Source: Dendrobates tinctorius
Taxonomy: Eukaryota
DNA: 64,000 nucleotides
Direction of reading: 5' to 3'
NCBI RefSeq assembly: GCF_039654945.1
Contig: NW_027361841.1
Span: 5,580,001 to 5,644,000 of the forward strand
Shown here: one piece after another, positions 24,330 to 39,514 of the stretch
Layout of the letters: every line of letters begins with the position of its first letter
Position numbering within the stretch: the first letter of the stretch is position 1
The notes under the pieces: model-generated
Seen by the model: the letters and a program-made list of their open reading frames with translations, nothing else
What the model was told of the DNA's origin: nothing
The model's database searches: none
Made by a program: the position numbers and the translations under genes

Positions 24330-25700
24330 TGAAAAAAGGGTGCATTTAGGAACCACAGCAACTCAGGCAATAAAGTAGTGGACTTCATAATTTACAGAGC
24401 ATGGTCACCAAGTACTGAGGCATACAGGGTATGAAAGTAGCCAATGTTCTGCTGACTCAGTAACTGCAAAGTTCCAAACCTTCTCTGGCATTAGCATCAG
24501 CACAAATCCGTGCACCAGAAGCTTCATCTAACAGGCTTCCATAGTTGTTCAGTTGCATGCAGGCCTTATAACACCAATAACAATGCCAAGAATCAGATTT
24601 AATGGTGTAACATATTCTGTCAATGGACTATCGAGCAGTTAAAACAAGTTCTGTGGAGAGACAAATCTTGCATCTTTGCGCCATGATTCTTTTGACCTTC
24701 TACTGAATGCTCACTAATAGCTCCTGAGATATTATCCTGCAATTTCACCTCTTACCACTGGAGACTGCTACTTTGCATCTGAAATTGTCCATTGCTAAGA
24801 TTAATGATGTTGCTACTGTGGAAGCCATCTGGTTTCCTGTTTGGACCTATTTCATAATGGATGGAAGTTTGAAGCATTGCTTGAGTATTGTGTCTAGCCT
24901 CCTGTCTAGCTCCAGTCTACGTGTCCTGCAAACAGCCTAGCCAAGAGTGTTCCTGCTCCTCACAGAATTATTCATAGCAGTTTTACCTCCCACTCCAAAT
25001 CACATTATCGGCAATTAGTTTGTGTCATTATGGCTATTGGGTTCCTGCAGTGCTTCACCAATATCTTAACGCTCTATCTGGTAGTTTAAAGGATGAGTCA
25101 GGATTTGGCAAATGCCAGAAAAGCATGTCTTACCTAACTGCATTATGTCAACTGTAAAGTTTGGTGGAACAGAAATAAAATGCCAAGAGTTTGATTTTCA
25201 GGGATTCGTCTATGCCGCTTAGTTACAGAAAATGAAAATCTTAAAGCATCACCATGCCAAGCATTTTCCAATACATTGTCTTCCAACTCTTTGGGAACAA
25301 CTTTGGGACTGTTCCAACAAAACTGATGCCAATACACAAAGCAAGGTCAATAATGGTATGGTTGCGTGAGTTTTTTTGTACAAGAACTTGACTGACCTGC
25401 CCAAAGGCCTGATCTCAACCCAATAGAACATCTTTGTTATAAATTAGAAAAAAGTCTGTGAGCCAGGACCTCATTCAGCATCAATGTCTGACCTCAGAAA
25501 TGCTTTTCTAAATGAATATGTAAAAAGTCCCACAATGGTCCAAAATCTTGTTGAAAGACATCCTAGAATAGTGGGAGATGTTATACTTTCAAAGTGAGGA
25601 TAAACTCCATATTAATACCTCTGAATTTAGAATGGGAAGTCATAACAGCTACTGTACGACTAGAGTGTAGATGTCCCAATACTTTTGTCGATATATTGTG
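24330..25700 (+). mobile_element. Decayed Tc1-like transposon
   Basis: 'actgtaaagtttggtgga' (TVKFGG), 'cctgatctcaacccaatagaacatctt' (PDLNPIEHL), Tc1-like end 'gtcccaatacttttgtc'. Confidence 0.6.
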
Positions 25701-26647
25701 TGAATGCATAACTCATTCAAATTGTTCTGGAAAGTAGATTTTATGACATAGGATGAATAGACAAATGTCAACATAAAGAGATAGCTTAAATTCTAACCAC
25801 AGTCATAACCAAACATACATACAACAGAAGCAACAACAAAAACAAAGGTTTAATAAGTATCATTATCGTGTTACAAAAAAATAAATAAAATCAGCAAAAT
25901 AAAGGAAATAACACTAAAGGTAAGATTTGAAAAAAATCAATACAGCAACAATTGTAAATTAGCAGCTTTAGAGCACTCAATTCCAGTTTTATTGCAAGTC
26001 AAATCCCTTAAGTAAAGAAAGTACATGGATAATCAATAAGAGACTGACCCCAGAGAAATCCATACACATTCTAAGTCTTGCGCTAGGTCATGCTTAGTCT
26101 AAATATAGTATGAAGAGTGTTGAGTGTGTCATGAAGGTTGAACTTAGTAGCTGTGAGTAATTCACTAGTCAGTATGGATGGTGCAATGATTTCATAATCT
26201 AACCATAGATTTGCCCTAAATCATATTTTAACATTTCAGTTACATGCCATCTGGCAACACATGAAGACAATGTGTAATTAAAACATTAGTCTGATTTATA
26301 AATGGCACGACTATACCTGAAGACCTTGGCATGACTGACAAATGTGTAAAAGCTAATAATAGATAATATATTCTAAATATACTCGTATAGTAAATGTGGA
26401 AAATATTTACATGTCACATTTTGAAGGGATTTTCCCACTAAATAAATTTAGCCTCAATCCATAGATCAGGGGATTGATATATGATCAAAGGGGACCGGTA
26501 GTGTGCATGTACGACTCATTCAATTGTATAATATGTCTCCAATAATAGCGGACTTTAGGACCCTTGTTTTTCAATGATCACCTATTCTGTGGAGACCAGG
26601 ACTTTAGTCTTTGTTGTCAGCCAGTGATAATTTTAAAATTATATTAC

Positions 26648-27297
26648 ACTAGCTGAAGAGCCTGGCGTTGCCAAGGCATAGTAACTAACTGTGGTGAATT
26701 TGTTATAACAAATTATGATTATATTGCACATAAATTGTTGCTGTATGTCATATTCTCCTGTATATAGTATATACTTGTATGTCATCTCCTCCTGTATGTA
26801 GTATATACCTGTATGTCATCTTCCTGTATACAATATATACCTGTATGTCATCTCCCCTGCATATAGTATATACTTGTATGTACTCCCCCTGTATATAGTA
26901 TATACCTGTATACCTGTATGTCATCTCCCCCTGTATATAGTAGTGTTCAACCATCAGCCATGGCAACCATTATGACATCATAGTCACCATGGCAACCTTT
27001 ATGACATCATCATCGCTATGGCAACCTATTTTGACATCATAGTCACCATGGCAACCATTATGACATCATCAACATGGCAACCTATTATGACACCATTGCA
27101 GCCATGGCAACCAATTATGACATCTTCGCCATGGCAACCATTCTGACATAACTGTCACCATTGCCATCTATTATGACATCATCATTGCCATGGGAACCAT
27201 TATGACATCATAATCACCATGGCAGCGTTGCTTGATACACACACACATACACACATACACACACACACACATACACTCATTTTTATGTATTTAGATT
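26648..27297. repeat. Minisatellite-rich element (possibly Helitron/Helentron-like): ~35-bp and ~30-bp repeats plus a CA microsatellite
   Basis: 'tatatacctgtatgtcatctcc' repeats at 26740-26940, 'catggcaaccattatgacatc' repeats at 26958-27225, (CA)n at 27235-27275. The family assignment is weak. Confidence 0.55.
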
Positions 27298-28293
27298 ACC
27301 AATAGGTTATTCTTTACAATTCATTTACTATCTTGATTATTATGCCTATTCCTATTACCTTATCTGCAAAAAATTCCAATCAATCCAATCAAACGTCTAA
27401 ATATTTTTAGATTCCAAAATGGAAGAAATACTATTGAATGCCTAACATTGTAATTTAAAAACAATAGTTCCTGCCAGACATTCTTGTCTGCTCCATAGAC
27501 CGATGTTATACAAAATGGACATAAGGAATGAAGATATATAAATCTATCATGTTATAAGATATTTGTTCTCAGCTTTACATATTTTATATCTAAGCAATAA
27601 ATCATTTCTAGAGGAAAGAATACATTTCTGCTGGCTATATTGTTACATTGGTCCTTCAAACTGCAAAATAAATAAAATAGAAATCATACTTTTGTTTTAG
27701 TTAAAAAGTTAAATGTTTCTCAGGAATAGAAAAAAATAAGTAAAGGAAATGTTATCAATAAATTCCTAAATACCTTTAATTATCAGATCACATTAATTTT
27801 GTTGAAACAAGAAAATCACTATAGAATCAAAATGGAACAATTACAGAAATCTGTCCGAGAAGTTTAATAGGACAGGTAGGAGGCTGTGAACATATGTAAG
27901 AAGCTCCTCTGCAGTCATCAAATGCTGTCAAGCTATATCCAGGTTATAGAAAATTCTCAACATTTAGAAAGACAGGGTGTGAGCAGCATTACTAGGACAC
28001 TACCTAGACAGTGGCCATTTTAATTCCATTCTGAATGTACCTTTGGGCAAAAAGATTCTGATTTGTTAATTTAACATTTTATTAATTTATTTAGAATTAC
28101 ATTTTTTTTTTAATTACAGCAGAACCACTTTAATGTGGAAAAACGATTGTAGTTATAAGCTTTATTGGTAGAACTAAAATAGAGGATGCCTACGGACTCC
28201 GCACACTGGGGGAGGACTACATATGAACTATTGTCTTTGAAAGAACTCTCTCAGGAATACAACAAACTCAGTTTATATGGCAATTATCAAATA

Positions 28294-29204
28294 CCGTATA
28301 TACTCGTGTATTAGCCGAGATTTTCAGCCCATTTTTTTGGCTGAAAGTCCCCCTCTCAGCTTATACGCGATTCATATACTTGGGGGGGTGGGCAGGGGAG
28401 CGGGGGTGTCAGAGACCATACTCACCTCGCCTGGCACTTCTCTGCAGCCCCTGCGTCTCCCTCTGCCGTCTGCTTCCTGCATTCAGCAGTCACGTGGTAC
28501 CGCTCATTAAACTCATGAATATGCACATATTTATGAGTTCAATGAGCGGTATCACATGACCAGCTGAATGCATGAAGCAGACGGCAGAGGGAGAAGCAGG
28601 GGCTGCCGCTGCAGAGAAGACCTTACGCTAGGAGGGGTGAGTATGACGGGGCAGAGTGATATTCACCTGTCCCCGTTCCAAGCCGTGCCCCGCTGTGTCT
28701 CCGGGTCCTCCTGCTGTGATGGCAGAGGGCGCGATTATGTAGTGAGTGCGCGCCCTCTGCTATCAATGCACAGATCTGGGAGACACAGTGGTGCACGGCT
28801 TGGAACGGGGACAGGTGAATATCGCCACTGCCAGGGGCTCAGGACATCGGCACCTAGCTCCCAGCGACAGTATGTCATTTTTTTATTGCAGCAGCAGCAA
28901 ATAAGGGGTATTTATGGAGCATTTTATGGGGCAGCATTAACCCTTGTGGAGCAGCATATGGGGGGTATTTATGGGGCAGCATTAACCCTTGTTCAGCAGC
29001 ATATGGGGGTATTTATGGAGCATCTTCTTGGGCCAGCATTAACCCTTGTGCAGCAGCATATGGGGGGTTTATCTATGGAGCATCTTCTTGGACCACCATT
29101 TAACCCTAGGCTTATATGAGCGTCAATAAGTTTTCCCAGTTTTTTGTGGCAAAATTAGGGGGGTCGGCTTATACATGGGTCGACTTATACACGAGTATGT
29201 ACGG
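28294..29204. mobile_element. Tigger/pogo-type (Tc1/mariner) non-autonomous element
   Basis: TA|ccgtatatactcgtgtattagccga...tcgacttatacacgagtatgtacgg|TA; internal palindrome at 28415-28610. Confidence 0.8.
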
Positions 29205-30332
29205 TAGCTTTTTTTCTTTGGGTGCATTTAACCTATAATAAAAGTGAAAAAGTAAACAATGTTTTAATGTTTATTTCATAAATCAATAGTACACGTCAAA
29301 ATAAGCAACTTTGTAATATATCTTATCAGTGAAATCTGCTTGTTTCCCTGCCAGAGTATCTGTATTCAGTGAAGACAAATTTTCCCATTACTGAGATGGC
29401 GGCTGCTACAGATACAATTCTATCCACACTGCACTGCACTGCAAATCCACAACAATTTCCTGTACAATACATGTAAGTGGAGTTTCAAAAAGCCTATTCA
29501 TATGGAGAAAACAATCATACTGAACAATTCCTAATCCATAGAAAGATTATTACATTGCATTAATCAACACCACGATATCTACATGTGTGGACGCAGCCTT
29601 ACTATAAGGGCACAGATTGACTCTGCCCACCATGATGGCAAATTAGTGCACGGCCCACCTCATCATCTTATGATCGTTGCGGCGGGCTGCGGTCCTGAGC
29701 AGCATACTATGGGTAAGCACTTTGCTTGAGCATTGCATTATACCTCAGATTATTGTATGTACACATGTCTTAGACTCATATGTTCTGAGGAGATTGCCTA
29801 TATACCCTGTTTGTGCTAACTGCACCTTATGCATAACATTATGCTTTAATTTTATTATTGTTGACCTTAGCCAGTATTGCCTGATCCCTATATCATATTA
29901 TATGTATTTGTCATTATTGATGTTCTCGTTATTTTATATAATAAATTAATCTTTTGGTAATTATGGACTTTGTACTCCAGTTTGTTCCGCTTGGTTCCAT
30001 AAGTATATTTGGGAGTGTCCTGTAGGGAGCCTTATTTCCCATCATGATTGTTGTTTTGGGTGGCTTCCCTTTACATTGTTGTATGCTTCTTTTGGTCTGT
30101 TTTCATCACCTCATCATCTTGCTGTGCCCCAAAGGTTCATTAATCCTCAAAAAAGTATTCGTTGAAGCGCTCATTCACAATTGCAGATCCTTGCAAACAC
30201 GCCAATGATAACCTGACAAATGATCAAAAACACTTGATCAGATTGTTTATACCGGCATAGAAATCATTGTTGTCAGCAACATATCTCCCCATGTAAATGG
30301 AGGATGTGCTGGCGACAGAATGGTTGTCTTAA

Positions 30333-30833
30333 AGGGAACCTGTGACCAGCAAAATGCTATCAACCTGCAGATATGGGCTTAATTTGCAGGTTAATAGTGT
30401 TACTAACCTGCCCGGTGCCTGCACTTAGCCAAACTTTGCTGAGAGAAAATGAACTTTATTCTCCCTGGTAGCATTCGCTTTCAGTCATTGGGGTGACGCC
30501 AGCGCTGGTTGAGTCACGGTTCTGAGTATACTGAGCAGCAGCTGTAACTGAGTCCTCGGCCCTGACTGAGAGCGGGCCCCAATACAGAGCCAGTGTTAGT
30601 TAGGGCCAGGGGTGCAGTTATAGCTGCCGATCTGTATACTCAGAGCAATGACTAAACCCGTGCTGGCACAGTCCACGTGACTAAAACCAGAACACTGCTT
30701 GGGATAATAAAATTAATTTTCTCCCTGCAGTGTTCAGCTACGTGCAGGCACTGGGCAGGTTAGTAAACCTATTAACCTGCAGATTAATCCCATATCTGCA
30801 AGTCAATAGTGTTTTGATGGCGACAGGTTCCGT
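30333..30833. mobile_element. T2/Kolobok-type palindromic MITE
   Basis: TTAA|agggaacctgt...acaggttccgt; long internal inverted symmetry. Confidence 0.7.
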
Positions 30834-33168
30834 TCAACCATTGCTCTGCTGCTATAACTTTTGGTACACAGGCCAGTAAACTATCTTATGTTAAATATTT
30901 CAAATTATATAAACCACCTTATTTAATTCCATATCTGAAAATTTACCACTACGTTTCTTAAAGGAAAATGATTCCCCCTTCTGACCTTCTCGTAATCAGT
31001 GCAGCTTTTTATAGCCAACACCAGAGGTTGATTATTTTTGTGCAATCTCACATTCTGTCACAGTGATGAGCAACCTCCTTTCTTATGCTTATTTAGTATA
31101 TCAAAAGTCCTGCCGATCAGCCTGCACAGAGTTAACATCAGCTGCCAGCAAATTGGGTATCTTAGCAAGATGAAATTCCCCGTCTGTCAGGACTTTTCTC
31201 CTAGGACACCAAGGGAAGCAAAGTTCAACTAAACAGCACAATTAATTCAAGATCACTTCGGAATATGGAAAAAAAAAAGAAAAGATTGTTTTATGCTCAG
31301 CCTCTGTCATTCAGGGGATTTATCGTCAGTTTCTGAATCTGGAATAGCCTTCTTCCCTTATTGATATTCTTGTAATTATTATCTCACATCTATTGTAGCC
31401 TTTATGGAAGACTCAGCTTCAGAAATCAGTAGGAAGATTATCCAAATGTAAATATACAGCAAACTATTGCAATGAATATAAAAATGACAACATAAAGGAT
31501 CCCAGTTAAAACCAACACTTTCCCTTTGGGTACACAGGCATTGGAAAACAAACTCCCTCATGATAATTGGTATAAAGCAATATACTGTAGAACAGTCTGA
31601 AGACATTTAATAAATTCTTGTGATATGTAGACTATAGAATAGTCTGCAGCTATCAGCAAAAAAGACAGTGATATTTTTCTAAAAGGAATTCAATAATCAT
31701 TAACCATGATATGCAGAATTCTATGTTCAAACTATTTAAAAGGGTGATATTAGAAAATAAGAAAAAATTTGAAACAAACAGTGGAAGATACTTTAAAATG
31801 TGGAGATGCCATCAGATAGACAAATTAAATTTAGAGATATTAATCAGAGGATTTTTATTTAGAATTTTAATTTTTTTATTTTCATTTACTGTTTTGGAAA
31901 ACATGTAAGTTAGTGCTTAATTTATGTCAATTTTATATTATGGTAAATATGCAAAAACCTTTTTTAAAAATTTGTTTTGCTTTGTTGTATTTATTCTCCA
32001 CTGGCCATCACGAATAATATTCATAAATTATTCAACACTCTTTTCAACAGATTTTTTTAAAGACCTTTTACAAGTTGTTTTTTTTCATGTGGTCTTGTCT
32101 TTATTCACACCCATGTTTTTTCTATATTTTTTTTGTATAGAAAACTAAGGTTAAACACTTGAAAATAATGTCACACATTTAATTAAAATGCCTGGGGCAA
32201 AAAAAGCATCAAAATGTATAAAAAAGATCTACTGTTTCAGTGAACTAAATTTTTTGGTATTGACATACAGGTAGTAGTAGTTTTATGACTTTACTATTAT
32301 TCTTAAATGTTGCAAAATAGTAAAAATAAAGAGCTTCAATATGGCTTGCCTAAACATTTCTATAGTACAGCATGCATTAAGAATAAAGTATAACAGGACG
32401 TAGTGTACACAGATGAACGGCGAGACACGGGGCTAAAGACGGGTTCACACAGTCATACATGAAAGACAGAAGAAAAAGAAAGGAATCCAAAAAGACCCTT
32501 GGTGTAGGTGAAAACCTCCAGACCCTGAATGTAATAAAATGTGCTGAGAATATGTGAAAACCTCCAGACCCTGAATGTAATAAAATATGCTGAGAACGGG
32601 AACACACAAACAAACCGAAGGAGAAGCAACAGAGAAAACTCAGCAACATAATCCTTCACTGGGGAGCTGAGACTCCAAACATTCATCTAATTTGGAATAT
32701 AGCTCCTACCAAGATGTGATAGGACAAACCAAAACTAGGAAGTGAAAACAACCGCACAGAAGCAACACAGTAAAGCAAAGACAAGACAAGAGTATTATCA
32801 GCTGTTAGAGACAACACAAACTGTGGTCCAAGAGAGAGGGAAACCAGCTCACAGCCAGAGGTCACTAGATTGAGCTCCGGAGTTGAGCCATGACAGTATG
32901 TTTGCATATTGTGATATAAGTGGAGAATTCTTCGAAACTTTGATATCTTTTGCAATTTTATTTGGATTACTATACAGTGAGCAGATTTTGGGAATGACTG
33001 CATTATGGCAGATACAAGATAAGGTGTAGAGAAGTCCTCATTTACTGTGTGGAGGTCTATTCATGTGCTTTATATGAGCTGTAAACATGCCCCAGCACTT
33101 TTATTGACAACAATCTATGTGGCACATGAAATCAGTTCATTTTCTCCTGGTAGATACACTTTTAGTAA

Positions 33169-33565
33169 AGGTACTGTCACACTTAGCGATGCACCAGCGA
33201 TCCCGACCAGCGATATGACGCGGTCAGGATCGCTGGTGCATCGCTAAGTGGTCGCTAGTGAGCTGTCAAACAGGCAGATCTCACCAGCGACACCGCAGGG
33301 GTCGGGGGTCGCTACTTACCTGTCACACCAGGCGATCCTGCTTCCTCCTGCCCGGCTCCATGCTCGTCGCTCGTCTCTCCACAGGAAGCTCAGCAGGAAG
33401 CTGATGACGAGAAACAGTCCAGGACGTTCTCGCGTGATCAGCGATAACCAGTGAGGGAGCGGGTCGTAGGTAAGTATCAGACATAGCGATATCGCTAGCA
33501 ATATCGCTATAACGTCACAAGTTATAGCGATATTGCTAGCGATATCGCTAAGTGTGACAGTACCT
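33169..33565. mobile_element. PIF/Harbinger-type MITE
   Basis: 22-bp perfect TIR aggtactgtcacacttagcgat; TAA TSD. Confidence 0.85.
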
Positions 33566-33879
33566 TAAGGCAGTTAGGCAGCATTGAAACACTATTAACC
33601 TGCAGATTAGCCCCTTATCTGTAGGTAAATAGTATTTTTGGAGCAATCAGAAAAAAAGTATAATAGAAATAAGTCACCACTCCTTTTTAACCCACCCCTT
33701 GTTTTTCGGTTGAAAATACTGAGGTAAAAAACTCACCAAATAGTGAACATGCGAATGTGGGGTTTAAGGTAAACACCTGCTAATTTTACTCTGCTAAATG
33801 AAACAACACAGACATACCTGTGAATTTTAGTTTCATTATTGGAAAGTCAATTTGTTAATATTTTCTGCTACATTACATT

Positions 33880-34148
33880 GCAGAAGGAATGACTAGAAGC
33901 AATGGGATGAAACTGAATGTGAGGAGACACAGATTAGATATTAGAAAACTTTTTGATAGTTAGGGTGATCAGTGAGTGGAACAGGCTGCCACGAGAAGTG
34001 GTGAGTTCTCCTTCAATGGAAGTCTTCAAACAGAGGCTGGACAGATATCTGTCTGGGATGATTTAGTGAATCCTGCTTTGAGCAGGGGGTTGGACCAGAT
34101 GGCCCAGGAGGTCCCTTCCAACTCTACGATTCTATGATTCTATGATTA
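33880..34148 (+). mobile_element. CR1 LINE 3' fragment
   Basis: Homologous to 55643-55890 (reverse); CR1 tail (attctatg)n. Confidence 0.85.
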
Positions 34149-35414
34149 CACCACTCTTATCTTCATATTTTTAATTAAAAATGTTAAATATTGGTATTTT
34201 GCAAAATTAGAAGATGTAGAAAATGAAGCTGACTGTGTGGTTCTTCTTGAAGAACATTCTTGGAGACCATATTGTTCACTCTGTGTGGGTTCTATACCTC
34301 TTCGAGACTTGACAGGTTTTTTCATCCATGTGCCATCTGTGTGTCATCCATGTCCAGAGCATGGATGATGGCTCTGACATAGCCAAAATAGGTAAACAAT
34401 CAAGGAATGATCCAGCCCGTTGGACATGCAATCTTTTTTATTTAGGTAAGTAAAAAACAGAGGACATTAGATAGAGCTCTATGTGGTCACTTCCATCTGT
34501 CTACCATTTAGCTCTGGCCCTATTACCTTCAGATTCAATTTTTCAAGGTCACAGAGAAAATAGAATACCATGGAACCTACATATGACAATAATTATATCA
34601 GCTCAGGGCACATGTATTATTGGAGAACAGAACAGCTCTTGATTCTATGTAGCTGAAGGTTTTAATACATCATTTTCTGGACATCTAGAAAACATCCAAA
34701 TTTCATTGAGTAAAATGAGCTCCACAAACAGACTGTGCATTGCCACAATGTTTAAACACTAATGACATGCTTTTATTCCCTTTGTAATAAACACAGATTG
34801 TTTACCAACTTGCCAAATAGAATCTTTAAATTGAGCCAGGAGGTTATTTTGTGTGATTGTGCTGACTGTTTCAGATGCAAGGTGGTATTTTATCACAATA
34901 TAAAGTAAATGCATAAAAATATGTGAAAAATTACAATTTGGAATTAACAAATGTTAATGGCAATGTTGCTCTGAAGCCTTGGCATTACATTTATGGCTTT
35001 CAGATTTAGCAACAATATCATCATTTGTTTAAACAAAGCAAAACTGCCCAAATTGGGCACAAGCCTAGACTTCAGCTTGCACATCTCTGACAGAACCTCT
35101 TTGTCTATTTTTTTATCTATTGTTTAAACATAGGCACACCATGCAACTGATGGGTATGTTTTTAAGAATGTCATCTGGATTTCTGTTCCTATTATTCTTC
35201 CCAACTATCTGCAATTTATATTCTGCATATGATTCATCTGTCTGACCTCTGCTAATTCTGCGGGAGTCCATCTGAGGTCTCTGATGCTGTCATTGTTAGT
35301 GGTGCTCATGACTTGCATTTTCTAAGCCAGCGCACTATATTGCTTCCTGACTCTGTTCCTGTGCAATGCTTTCCTTTCCATGTGACCAAAATTCAGTAGG
35401 TGCGTGTGCATAAA

Positions 35415-35608
35415 TCCACATTCTCACGTTCAATACTTGGTCAGTATTTTACATCAGTATTTGTAAGCCAAAACCAGGAGTGGGTGATAAATACAGAAGT
35501 GGTGACGTGTTTCTATTATACTTTTCCTCTTATTATTCCACTCATGCTTTTGGCTTACAAATACTGAGGTAAAAACTCACCAAATACTGAGCGTGTGAAC
35601 GTGGTCTA
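35415..35608. mobile_element. Short Harbinger-type palindromic MITE
   Basis: Same family as the host MITE at 48852-49363 ('aaatacagaagtggtgacgtgtttctattatacttttcctct'). Confidence 0.65.
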
Positions 35609-35899
35609 AAATTTATTTAGCATTGCAAGCAATTGATCTTGTCTGTTATTGTCAATCAAGCACTTATGTTATATGGATTTCTATAATTATTAATCTTCCT
35701 TGTTCTCAGTGTGTATGTTGCATGCAATTGATCTGGTCTGACATCTGCTAATTTTATGCATGCTCATATGAATTCTCTGATGTCATCATTACTGTGATTA
35801 CCAAACATGAGATGAATTTGCTAAGCAATCGCACTACATTACTTTCAGACACCATTCCTGAGCAATGTTTTCTTTCATATTTCTTGTGACAAATATCCA

Positions 35900-37300
35900 C
35901 TAATTCTTCTAATCAGCTACTATAAATAGACATAATTTACCCAAAAGACTGAACCAGAATGAATGATCATCAACTTTCCCACCCTTATCTTTGCGCCCAA
36001 AAGTTGTGATATTTTGTAAACTGGTCACTCAGGACCTCAAACAGATCCCCAGGGGTATTAATAATGACAATCTTACCCCATCATAGAGAAGGGCATTGAG
36101 AGAACTTCAGTCTTTCCATGATGTTGCCATTAAGGCAGATCACATTGGGGCTAATGTCGTGATTTGGCCTGAATTGGGGAGAGATTTGGGGAGAAGTATA
36201 AAAAGGAGGCCTTTCACCAACTTAAAAATCATACTTTCATAGAATCCCACTTTAACTTTTTCAACCAATTATAGATGATGCCATACGGTGCCTTTGATGT
36301 TGGTATGATCCCTAAAAAAGGTTTTTATGGTCTCTTGACAAAATTCCCCAAAATCTCCACTTTTTATCTTCTCCCAAAGGTCGACAAGGACCTGACAAAA
36401 CCACCAGAGCATCCTATTGTCTTTGGCATAGGAGGGCTATGTAACATGACTTGCAAGTTCATTGACTACCTCAAGCCATTGGTAGAGATGAGGCCCTCCT
36501 ATGTCAGAGACACTACCGATATACTTACTAAGATCAATGATATATATCTAGAGGCCTACATGATCAGGGTGACAATTGATATAGAGTCTTTGTACACTTC
36601 AATATGTCATGATGGCCTATAGGCAACTGAATTCTTTTTGGAAATTCAAACTGGGATGGCCATCTATGTGAGTTTATATTGTAGCAACTAGTTTGTTTTG
36701 ACAAACTTTTTTTTGTTTATAAAGACAGATTCTATTTACAAAAACAGGGCACTACCATGGGTATGGCAGGCGCTCAATGGTATGCAAAATTTTTGAGCTA
36801 TTGGGAGAGGTTAATTTTTCATGGTGATGGCATGCATGTGCTAAACTGGTGCAGGGTTAGTTCCGTAGTTCCGATATATTGACCATGTCATGATGATTTG
36901 GCAGGGTACTGAGAGTGAACTAATGCACCTTATGGATACTCTAAACAAAAAATCTTTCAATATCAGATTCACATACTAATGGCATAGGTCTAGAGTTGAA
37001 TTTTTAGACATACAATATGCGCCGATGAGGACGGATCTATACAAACTGATCTTTTTTGCAAGGTGACATCAATCAATGCAATACTCCATGCCTCATCACA
37101 ATACATCTATCCTGTTATTAAGACCATCCCTGTTGGTAGGTTTCTTAGGATCTGATTTATTTGTACCACAAATGACAAGATTGAACAATATTCTACTATT
37201 CTTAGTGACACATTCAAAGCTAGGAGCTATTGTGACTGATGCATAAAAATCAAATATAGGAGGGCTATTTCATCAAATCATGATGGTTTTTAGGTACAAT
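35900..37300 (+). pseudogene. Penelope-like retroelement reverse transcriptase, decayed
   Basis: FYLLPKVDKDLTKPP.PIV.GIGG, LKPLV...PSYVRDTTD.L, DIESLYTSI, FYLQKQGTTMG, FRYID motifs with stops and frameshifts. Confidence 0.85.
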
Positions 37301-38953
37301 CTGGAAAAAAGATCAAACATAACTTTGTTCCAGAAAATGAAGTATTTCTTTTAGATAATTATTGCAATTACAAGTGTTTTGTTATACACATGTTTATTTC
37401 CTTTATGTGTATTGGAAAAACACAAAAAATGAAAAAATAAGGAAAATTGGACATAATTTCACACAAAACCTCCAAAAAGGCTGGGACAAAATTGTTGGCA
37501 CCTTTCCAATATTGTGGCTAAACAACTTTGTTTCAAGCACGTGATGCTCCTTCACACCTGTGGCGAGTAACAGCTGTGGGCAATGTGAAAATAACATATA
37601 AAACCTGAGTAAGCCAAAATCCTTCTGGAAAAATGTCTTGTGGATAGATGAGACCAGCTTTTAGGGAAAGCATATCATTCTGCTGTTTACTGAAAATGGA
37701 ATGAAGCCTACAAAGAAAAAAACACAGTACCTTGAGTAAAATATGGTGGAGGTTCAAAGATTTTTCTGAGTTGATTTGCTGCCTATGGCACTAAGTGCCT
37801 TGACTGTCTGGCATCATGAAATCTAAAGCTTACTGAAGGATTTCTTTCTCTCCTTAAACATTTTTCTTCTCTGTCTTATACTGCAGCATGCCATACAGCT
37901 AGGCACACGCAAATATTATCAGTGTTACCTGGTCATCTTTTGTAATTTGCTCTTTGCATAGCAATCATTCACCTCTGATGTATAGATAGGGATAGTCTGT
38001 ATAAAGGAAGGGCATGGTTTGTTTTACTAATTGGGATATGACTTTTAAAAATTGATCTCCTTTCTGGCTAATACATAATATTTATCAGCGGATTGGACAA
38101 TCTCTTTCAATTGTATGACGTTTTAAAATTGTATTCAATTTTTCAAACAAAAGGGAGGTAGCAGATGTAAAAAAAGGTACCTACTCTAAATATGTGTTAT
38201 CAGGACCCACATAAATCTAATTCTAAATAGAATTCAAATATTCATTGGCATGAATGTAATCATATAAAAAAATTATCGTATGCATAATTAATGAAAATGT
38301 AAACATAAATACTATAAGTGATGGTGGCTAGAATATTAGAAAGATCATTTTAGAAACATATTTGTTTAGTTGAGCTCAAGTAGAGACACATGCATTATCC
38401 CAGGAACCAGCTTCATTTGGAATTACAACATTGAGATCATCATAACATTTAAAATTAAGTTTGTAGCCATTGATCAATACCTCCCTACATCCCTTATACA
38501 CTATAGATAGCTGTCAGCCAAATGATACTTCGGATTATTGCTCGGCTGGCAGCTATCTTCTCCCATACATGGGAGTTCTTGCCCATTCAAGTGCTCCTGT
38601 TTTGTATATGAAAGTTGTCATCTTTTGTGGCAGCTTATGTTTAAGACAAAAAAAGGATCAGAAGTACAAAATTGGACATGTCAGATTCTTATCTTCCATG
38701 ACCTGTGTCAGGAAAGAGAAAGGGGTCCCCATACACATTATACTGTTGGCTGAACCCATCAAAATTGGTGGCTTCAGCCACCATTTGTTTAATATGTATG
38801 GGGACCTTATCTCTATCTCTTCTCTTTCTTTCCCTCACACCCAGATATATAATGACTTATCCTTATTCACCTACTGTGCACCAAACAAATTAATTAGGTT
38901 TGCAGAAATTTGTCATGAATAGCTAACCTTACTAATTTTTCAAGATACCATAT

Positions 38954-38988
<35 letters not shown>

Positions 38989-38999
38989 CTGCTTTTGAG

Positions 39000-39514
39000 A
39001 GACCTTAAGCCACTCCTGGTACACAAATGTAAGCAGTTCATCTTTCTTTGATGTCTATAGACATCCTCTTGATAACATTCCAGAAGTTTTCAATGGGGTT
39101 CAGTTCTGGAGATTGGACTGGCCATGACAGGGATTTGATGTGGTGGTCCTTCCTTCACACATTGATAGACCTAGTTGTGTGGCATGGCGCATTGTCCTGC
39201 TGGAAAAACCAGTCCTCAGAGTTGGGGAACATTGCCTGAGCAGAAGGAATCAACTGTTTTTCCAGGATAACCTTGTATGCTGCTTTATTTAATTGTCCTT
39301 TGCGAAGAATAACCTGCCCAATTCCAGCCTTGCTGAAGCATCCCCAGATCATCACCAATCCTCCACCAAATTTCACAGTGGGTGCAAGACACTCTGGCTT
39401 GTACACCTCTCAAGGTCTCCGTCTAACCATTGATGATGACCAGCTGTTGGGCAAAGCTGAAAATTAGACTCATCTGAGATTACCTTACTCCAGTCCTCTA
39501 TGGTTCAATCCTTA
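39000..39514 (-). pseudogene. Tc1 transposase, catalytic (3') half
   Basis: [35 protein letters not shown]. Confidence 0.9.
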